From NCBI GenBank assembly GCA_946611195.1, contig CAMODB010000003.1, positions 5,264 through 69,263 on the forward strand: a DNA stretch of 64,000 nucleotides, given 5' to 3'. The translations under genes were made by a program, and so were the position numbers. Origin of the DNA: an uncultured Bacillota bacterium. GTDB lineage: Bacteria; Bacillota_I; Bacilli_A; ML615J-28; CAG-313. The notes under the pieces are model-generated. The model was not told the origin of the DNA, searched no databases, and saw nothing but the letters and a program-made list of their open reading frames with translations. The first letter of the stretch is position 1. Every line of letters starts with the position of its first letter. Positions 58,150-64,000 of this stretch are shown here, in pieces.

Positions 58150-58166
58150 ATATTAAATAATATTTT

Positions 58167-59507
58167 TTACATTATTCCTTGACTTAACATCGCATCAGCA
58201 ACTTTTTTGAATCCTGCAATATTAGCACCGGATACTAAATCATATTCATTGCCGAGTTCATTTTTAGCTACATCATAAATATTATGGAAAATTCCCACCA
58301 TAATATCTTGTAATTTCTTATCAACTTCTTCAAAACTCCAGCTTAATCTTAAACTATTTTGACTCATTTCAAGTCCGCTTGTCGCAACACCACCAGCATT
58401 GGCAGCTTTACCAGGACCAAAAATAACTTTATTTTTAAGTAAATATGCTGTTGCTTCTTTATCTGTTGGCATATTAGCTCCTTCACAAACCATGAAACAA
58501 CCATTATTAACTAGCGAGATTGCCGAATTTAAATCAATTTCATTTTGCGTAGCACAAGGAAGAGCTATATCACATTTAATTTGCCAAATATCAGCTGGTT
58601 TATCATAATAAACACAATGCTTTCTTTCCGCATATTCTTTAATACGACCACGTTTAATTTCTTTGATTTCTTTAATCAATGCTAAATCAATACCATTTTC
58701 ATCATAAACACAGCCATCAGAATCCGACATTGCGACAACATGCGCTCCTAATTGTTGAGCTTTTTCACATGCGTATACCGCAACATTACCTGATCCCGAA
58801 ATAATAACACGTTTATTCTTAAAATCAGTCTTTTTATAAGTCTTTAAAGCTTCTAAAGTGAAATAACATAAACCATATCCCGTAGCTTCAGTTCTAACCA
58901 ATGAACCACCAAATGATAGTTTTTTACCGGTTAAAACACCTACTGATTCGTTACGAATACGCTTATATTGACCATATAAATAACCAATTTCTCGCGCACC
59001 TACCCCAATATCGCCAGCTGGTACATCAGTAAATTGCCCAATATGTTTACAAAGTTCAGTCATGAAAGCTTGACAGAAACGCATAATTTCCATATCACTG
59101 CGACCTTTAGGATCAAAATCACAACCACCTTTACCACCACCCATAGGTAAGGTTGTAAGGCTATTCTTTAAGATTTGTTCTAAAGCGAGGAATTTAATAA
59201 TCGAAAGATTTACACTTTTATGGAAACGAAGACCACCTTTATAAGGGCCAATAGCAGATGAGAATTGAACACGATAACCATTATTAACTTCTACTTCATT
59301 TTTATCATTTACCCACGCCACACGAAACATAATAATACGTTCAGGTACGACAAAACGCTCTAAAATTCCATTTTTTTCTAATTCTGGATGTTTATCGACA
59401 TAAGGAGATAAACTAACTAATATTTCTTCACTTGCTTGTAAAAATTCTTTTTCATTCCCATATTTATTTTTTAAATTTTCTAATACTCTTTCTACATAAC
59501 TATTCAT
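58167..59507 (-). CDS. gdhA: NADP-specific glutamate dehydrogenase
   Basis: 446 aa; PMGGGKGGCDFDPKG, GTGAREIGY-like GVGAREIGYL, Rossmann ISGSGNVA. Confidence 0.95.
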   Translation of the reverse strand: MNSYVERVLENLKNKYGNEKEFLQASEEILVSLSPYVDKHPELEKNGILERFVVPERIIMFRVAWVNDKNEVEVNNGYRVQFSSAIGPYKGGLRFHKSVNLSIIKFLALEQILKNSLTTLPMGGGKGGCDFDPKGRSDMEIMRFCQAFMTELCKHIGQFTDVPAGDIGVGAREIGYLYGQYKRIRNESVGVLTGKKLSFGGSLVRTEATGYGLCYFTLEALKTYKKTDFKNKRVIISGSGNVAVYACEKAQQLGAHVVAMSDSDGCVYDENGIDLALIKEIKEIKRGRIKEYAERKHCVYYDKPADIWQIKCDIALPCATQNEIDLNSAISLVNNGCFMVCEGANMPTDKEATAYLLKNKVIFGPGKAANAGGVATSGLEMSQNSLRLSWSFEEVDKKLQDIMVGIFHNIYDVAKNELGNEYDLVSGANIAGFKKVADAMLSQGIM

Positions 59508-62500
59508 TTTCTATTACCTCTTTTACATTTCCATCAACGATTGAATATAGATAACATCTAACTTTCTTTTTAAAGATTTTCTTAATATATTTTCGATAAG
59601 TATTTAATTGATTTTCATATTCAATACCTTCGATATTTTTTGTTTTATAATCAATGATATCAATATATTCATCCTTCACAATCATTAAGTCGATAATACC
59701 ACGGATATTTTCATCAATATCATAGAATTCATATTCTTTATAAATTATACCATCTAAATCATTTTTTATAACATCCCAATTTAAGAATCTATTTAAATAA
59801 TAATGATATTTTTTATCGATATTATTATAATCAGGATTATTAAAATCAACTACTTCAAACATTAAATGAAGATTTGTTCCTAATTCTAATAATTTAGGAT
59901 TAGCATCAATTTTTAAATTCTTACTAGCTTTTTCAATTTCAATTACTTTTTTATCAATTTCAAATTCCCGAATATTTAATTTTTCTTGCTTTTTATTAAC
60001 TACTTTTCTTTGATAATTATTTTTTAAATTTAAAACACCTTTTACAGTTTGTTTAAGGTTAACACCTTCGTTTATGGCGTAAGACAAGAAATCATCAAAA
60101 TTATTTGCGTCAATTAAATTAAAGATAGGTTTATCTTTATCTTTATCACAGCCATGAACAATAATTATTTTTTCTAGCGTTCTAGTTAAAGAAACATAAA
60201 ATAAACGTATTTTTTCTGATACATCTTCTCTTCGCTCATTATATTTATCAATTTCATTGATTAAATTTACTTCTTTATCTTCAACCATTATTAAACCATT
60301 CTTCTTAGATATTCTTTTCGATGCTTGATAATCAGAACGATTAAAATTGGTTTTGTATCCCGCAAAATAACAAATTTTAAAGCCTAAACCTTTCGATTTA
60401 TGAATATTCATAATTTGGACACTATCTAAATCAGTTTTTAAAGCTTTAAGTTCAATTTTTAAACCATATTCATTAACATTATTTAAATAATCAATAAATT
60501 GATCATAATCATAATCAATTAAACTCATATTCTCAAATAAATCAATAAATTTATCAAGATATTTAATATTTTTATCAATATCACCAATCTTAATTAATTT
60601 TTCATGAACATGTAAATCATAAATAATCTTCTTTAATTTTTCAAATGTAGTTTCATTTTGATATTTAATTAATAATTCTTTTAATTTTTTATAGATAGTA
60701 CTATCCATAAATGAATCATTTTGAAAAATTTCATAAATTTCATTATCATTTAAAGAAAATAAGAATGATCTTGCAATACTAGTAAAACATCTTTTAAAAT
60801 AAGGATCATCAACATTATCATTTTCCATCAATTTGAGTAAATGAACTAAATTCTTAAGTACTCTAGTTAAATCATTATCAATAATATCTTCATTCTTAGT
60901 AATCAATAATGGTATTTGATAATCATTAAAGATGCGTCCATAAGTTTCAAAACTAGAACCACGGTCTAAAATTAAACAAAAATCACTATATTTAACATCT
61001 CTTAAACCTTCAAGATTTTTATCATAAACTTGATAATGATTATTCATCTTATCAATGATGTCTTCCGCAATAATTTTTGCTTCAATATCAACACATTCAT
61101 CCTTTTTCTTGTCAGATGCATCATAATTATATAATTCTATTTCATAATTTTGTTTTTGATTATTATAAAGATTGTATTTATCATTACCAGCTCTTACAAT
61201 ATGATTATTTCGATAATCAGCATCTCCATATTCTAAAGTCATTAATGTCGAGAAGAGATTATTAAAGCCGGCTACGATTTCTTTTCTACTACGGAAATTA
61301 TCTGTTAAATCAATTAAATAACCACCATCATTATTTTGATATTTTTGGTATTTATCGATAAAGAATTTACAAGTTGTATCTCTAAAACGATAAATTGATT
61401 GTTTAACATCGCCTACAACAAAGACATTATTATTGGCAATAAGGTTAATAAATTCTTCCTGAAGAATGGAAGTATCTTGATATTCATCTATAAAGATCAT
61501 TTTTAAATTATTGCGAATATCTTCACGAACATTTTTATGAGTTTTTAATAATTCAATAGCCTTATTTTGAATATCAAAGAATTCAAATACTTGATATTTT
61601 TGTTTATAATTTCTAACTTTTTCATCTAATTTTAAACAAATATCTACTAATAATTGCAAATATTTCTTATTTTTTTTGGTTTCTTCATTAAAATAATTAT
61701 CATTATAATTATTTATTAAATTTATAATACTACGATAAACATCTTTAAATTGTTCATTAATTATTTTGTAATCATCATGATTACTAGGGAGTCTTAAAAA
61801 TTCAATAGAATAATTATAATTTTTATAATCTTCTAAAGTTGATAATTTTAATAAATCATTAACTACTTTTACATAATATTCTTGAAAACTAATTTTAGTC
61901 TTTTTATTTTCCGCATTTGGATCCTTAACTAATGTTTCTGGTAAAAGATAAACTAATTTTTTTAATTTCTCTCTTTTATCATTTAATATCTTTAATAATG
62001 AATCATTTAAATAATCTAGATAATCACTCTTCTCAAATGTCGAACAATATTCCTTTAAATATTTAGTAGGGTTACTTTCCAAATTAGCATTAGCATATAA
62101 TTTTAAAATTAATTTAATTAATAGATCATCATTTTTATAACAAGTTTTTTCGACTAATTGAATAAAATCTAGATCTTGATTTTCATAATAAGAATCGAGA
62201 ATTTCATTTACATATTGTCTTTTAATAATTTCTATCACCGAATTATCAATAATTGATAGATTACTAGATAAATTGAATAAATAATGATATTTTTTTACTA
62301 AAAATAACGCATAAGAATCAAAAGTAGAAATATGTGATGCTTCTATTAAATTAACTTCTTGACTGCCAATTTTAGCTAGTAATTCGCGAATTCTTTTTTT
62401 CATTTCCTTCGCTGCATCTTCTGTAAAGGTTAGAACTAAAATATTATCAAGCGTAACATCTTCATTTTGTTCAATAAAATAAGCTACACGATGCGCTAAA

Positions 62501-62655
62501 ACTTCCGTTTTTCCACTACCAGCTCCTGCTGAAACTAAAATATTGGTAGGACCATCATGTAAATTATCACCAAATTTATCAATTTTACAATGACAAGTAA
62601 TAGCTTCTCTTTGTTCATCAGTGAAAACTGTTAAATTAAGCTTAGTTTCACTCAT
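59500..62655 (-). CDS. addA: ATP-dependent helicase/nuclease subunit A (AddA)
   Basis: Start at ATG 62655-62653 in an ATGAGTGA overlap with the addB stop. UvrD-type P-loop SAGAGSGKT, FIDEYQDT, C-terminal RecB-type nuclease IIDLMIV…IDIIDYKT. Confidence 0.9.
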   Translation of the reverse strand: MSETKLNLTVFTDEQREAITCHCKIDKFGDNLHDGPTNILVSAGAGSGKTEVLAHRVAYFIEQNEDVTLDNILVLTFTEDAAKEMKKRIRELLAKIGSQEVNLIEASHISTFDSYALFLVKKYHYLFNLSSNLSIIDNSVIEIIKRQYVNEILDSYYENQDLDFIQLVEKTCYKNDDLLIKLILKLYANANLESNPTKYLKEYCSTFEKSDYLDYLNDSLLKILNDKREKLKKLVYLLPETLVKDPNAENKKTKISFQEYYVKVVNDLLKLSTLEDYKNYNYSIEFLRLPSNHDDYKIINEQFKDVYRSIINLINNYNDNYFNEETKKNKKYLQLLVDICLKLDEKVRNYKQKYQVFEFFDIQNKAIELLKTHKNVREDIRNNLKMIFIDEYQDTSILQEEFINLIANNNVFVVGDVKQSIYRFRDTTCKFFIDKYQKYQNNDGGYLIDLTDNFRSRKEIVAGFNNLFSTLMTLEYGDADYRNNHIVRAGNDKYNLYNNQKQNYEIELYNYDASDKKKDECVDIEAKIIAEDIIDKMNNHYQVYDKNLEGLRDVKYSDFCLILDRGSSFETYGRIFNDYQIPLLITKNEDIIDNDLTRVLKNLVHLLKLMENDNVDDPYFKRCFTSIARSFLFSLNDNEIYEIFQNDSFMDSTIYKKLKELLIKYQNETTFEKLKKIIYDLHVHEKLIKIGDIDKNIKYLDKFIDLFENMSLIDYDYDQFIDYLNNVNEYGLKIELKALKTDLDSVQIMNIHKSKGLGFKICYFAGYKTNFNRSDYQASKRISKKNGLIMVEDKEVNLINEIDKYNERREDVSEKIRLFYVSLTRTLEKIIIVHGCDKDKDKPIFNLIDANNFDDFLSYAINEGVNLKQTVKGVLNLKNNYQRKVVNKKQEKLNIREFEIDKKVIEIEKASKNLKIDANPKLLELGTNLHLMFEVVDFNNPDYNNIDKKYHYYLNRFLNWDVIKNDLDGIIYKEYEFYDIDENIRGIIDLMIVKDEYIDIIDYKTKNIEGIEYENQLNTYRKYIKKIFKKKVRCYLYSIVDGNVKEVIENE

Positions 62656-64000
62656 TAGAATCACCTACTTTTTCATCATCATTTTTAATATCTTTTGATT
62701 TGATTATTTGATAAGCATCATTTTTCACAAAACAAATATCTTGATGTTTACAATATTTACATTTTAATTCATTATCAATTTCTAATGGTCGAATATCAAA
62801 TTCACCATTTTTTATTTTACCATATGCTTCAATGATTTTTTCTTCCGCAATATCACTTATTTTTGTAAAGAAAGCATCATCACACACTAAACTGTTTTTC
62901 GAAAAACCAGAATGTTTATTTACAAAATTAACATTTTTTAAATAAATAGATTTATCATTATTCTTCAAATCCGGATCTAAATGATAAATAGAATCTTTTA
63001 AACTATAACCACGTAATCGATAATCAAGATTTTTGGGATTATTGGGATTTAAACATACTTGTTGAATATATAAACCAGCAATTTTTTTATCATTAGTACC
63101 ATTTAGCGAATTATAATACCCTTTTTTAAGTAATAAAGAATAGATTGGTAATTGTAAAGACATACCATATTTAACTAATTCTTCTCTAAATGTTAAATCA
63201 TAAGTTTTATAATCGACAATAATTACTTCATTATCAACATTATTAAACTGTATTTTATCAAGCTGACCAACGAGTATTATTTGATCATTATCATGGGATA
63301 AAACACATTTAAATCTTTTTTCTGCTTCGACTTCTTTAAAACAACTATTAGTAATAAAGGAATCATTTATTAAAACAACTTCTTTTAATTGATTAAATAA
63401 ATTATAAGCTAAAGTTCTTTCTTTCGCATTTAAAAATTTATTTTCATAATCGCTAAAGTCCTTTTGAATGCCATTTCTTTGGGCTTCTAGATAATCATGA
63501 GCAACTTTTCCATAAGTCGTCATAAAGGTATCTTCAAAAGAATCAATTCTTAAAACATTACATAAATAATATTTAAATGGACAAGAATAATAATTATCAA
63601 GGCTCGAATATGATAATTCATTTTTTTCATCATATTGATAATTATTTATTTTTTTATAACGATAATCAAATTCTTGATAACCAATTTCTTCTTTAGTAAA
63701 AGTATTTAATTCTACTGAATCAATATTATATTTTCTTTTTAAATCATATTTGGCAGCTAATTCTATTAATGTATTATTATAACCAACACGATTATTGCTG
63801 ACTTCTTTATCAATAACTTTAATATTAAGATTATCTAAAATAGGACTAGGGAAACATTTCTCTCCATGATGAAATTGTAAACAAGAAATATAAACATTTT
63901 TATTCTTCTTTAAGAAATTTTCTATTCCTTCTTTTTCCATCCTGTTTTGATTAACAGAAGTATTAAGACCTAGTTCTACTTTTTCTAAATCCGTATAAAA
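62648..64000 (-). CDS. addB: ATP-dependent helicase/nuclease subunit B (AddB), C-terminal ~450 codons; N-terminus beyond the right edge
   Basis: The frame stays open upstream of the track's Met (…FYTDLEKVELGLNTSVNQNR-MEKEG…) to nt 64000. Nuclease motif VIIVDYKT. Fe-S cluster cysteines CPFKYYLC … CKYCKHQDIC. Confidence 0.85.
   Translation of the reverse strand, partial: FYTDLEKVELGLNTSVNQNRMEKEGIENFLKKNKNVYISCLQFHHGEKCFPSPILDNLNIKVIDKEVSNNRVGYNNTLIELAAKYDLKRKYNIDSVELNTFTKEEIGYQEFDYRYKKINNYQYDEKNELSYSSLDNYYSCPFKYYLCNVLRIDSFEDTFMTTYGKVAHDYLEAQRNGIQKDFSDYENKFLNAKERTLAYNLFNQLKEVVLINDSFITNSCFKEVEAEKRFKCVLSHDNDQIILVGQLDKIQFNNVDNEVIIVDYKTYDLTFREELVKYGMSLQLPIYSLLLKKGYYNSLNGTNDKKIAGLYIQQVCLNPNNPKNLDYRLRGYSLKDSIYHLDPDLKNNDKSIYLKNVNFVNKHSGFSKNSLVCDDAFFTKISDIAEEKIIEAYGKIKNGEFDIRPLEIDNELKCKYCKHQDICFVKNDAYQIIKSKDIKNDDEKVGDSNE

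Noticed and set aside
1384-61265. About two dozen 60-95 aa ORFs embedded in or antisense to longer genes (1384-1593, 9045-9248, 9728-9916, 12712-12918, 13626-13841, 15319-15519, 16822-17067, 17877-18059, 19917-20201, 23949-24137, 28823-29047, 29907-30161, 30675-30917, 34284-34472, 41270-41452, 43618-43830, 44657-44881, 45119-45325, 46856-47059, 47320-47568, 54550-54735, 56031-56261, 58399-58608, 61077-61265)
   Set aside because: Each lies entirely inside a longer ORF with clear family motifs. Their products are low-complexity artefacts of AT-rich sequence, where stop codons are scarce on the antisense of Lys/Asn/Ile-rich genes. None has a convincing RBS.
1-64000. CRISPR arrays, long direct DNA repeats, rRNA genes, structured ncRNAs
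   Set aside because: Every intergenic gap over 60 nt was read by eye. All are A/T-rich promoter or terminator regions. The only G+C-rich structured segment is the tRNA at 42471-42545. No spacer-repeat periodicity was seen. A computational repeat scan and an Rfam scan would still be worthwhile.

Overview
Very AT-rich (about a quarter to a third G+C, judged by eye) bacterial chromosomal segment. Gene content is Bacillota/Mycoplasmatota-like and the genetic code is standard: TGA is a real stop for sepF and addB.

I call 63 protein genes, 55 of them on the minus strand. They sit in long, tightly packed operons, and many starts and stops overlap. There is also one tRNA-Arg(CCG).

Content is overwhelmingly housekeeping:
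- Stringent response and salvage: apt-relA-dtd.
- Single core genes scattered through the window: glpK, udk, plsX, coaD, rsmD, lysA, dut.
- Nucleoside catabolism and neighbours: pepT-pdp-plsC, deoC-deoD.
- Cell division tail: ylmE-sepF-ylmH-ileS.
- Translation and metabolism: metK-argS, asnA, ispG, rsmE-mtaB plus a DEAD-box helicase, gdhA.
- Recombination: addB-addA, with addB cut by the right edge.
- An anaerobe-type oxidative-stress operon, ferritin-FprA-rubredoxin-desulfoferrodoxin. Its 51-aa rubredoxin gene is missing from the ORF track.

I see no CRISPR array, no prophage, no intact IS element and no recognisable defence system, so I cannot honestly point to a clear novel system.

The least ordinary observations are:
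1. Two adjacent lipoprotein genes (GH5 glycosidase and transglutaminase-like) share tandem His/Cys-rich N-terminal modules that I cannot assign to a named family.
2. An uncharacterised cytoplasmic-plus-membrane gene pair sits inside the relA-dtd operon. The cytoplasmic protein ends in what looks like a catalytically dead EAL domain.
3. An 8-gene operon bounded by a promoter and a terminator (7.7-15.2 kb) mixes a TPR-like GGDEF cyclase, an SPFH/zinc-ribbon pair, glpK and a NadC-fold pseudoenzyme.
4. A promoter- and terminator-equipped remnant of a transposase HTH domain lies directly in front of ispG.
5. A perfect 11-6-11 inverted repeat straddles the -10 element of the lipoprotein/oxidative-stress gene string.

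All functional calls come from motif recognition by eye. No searches were run.
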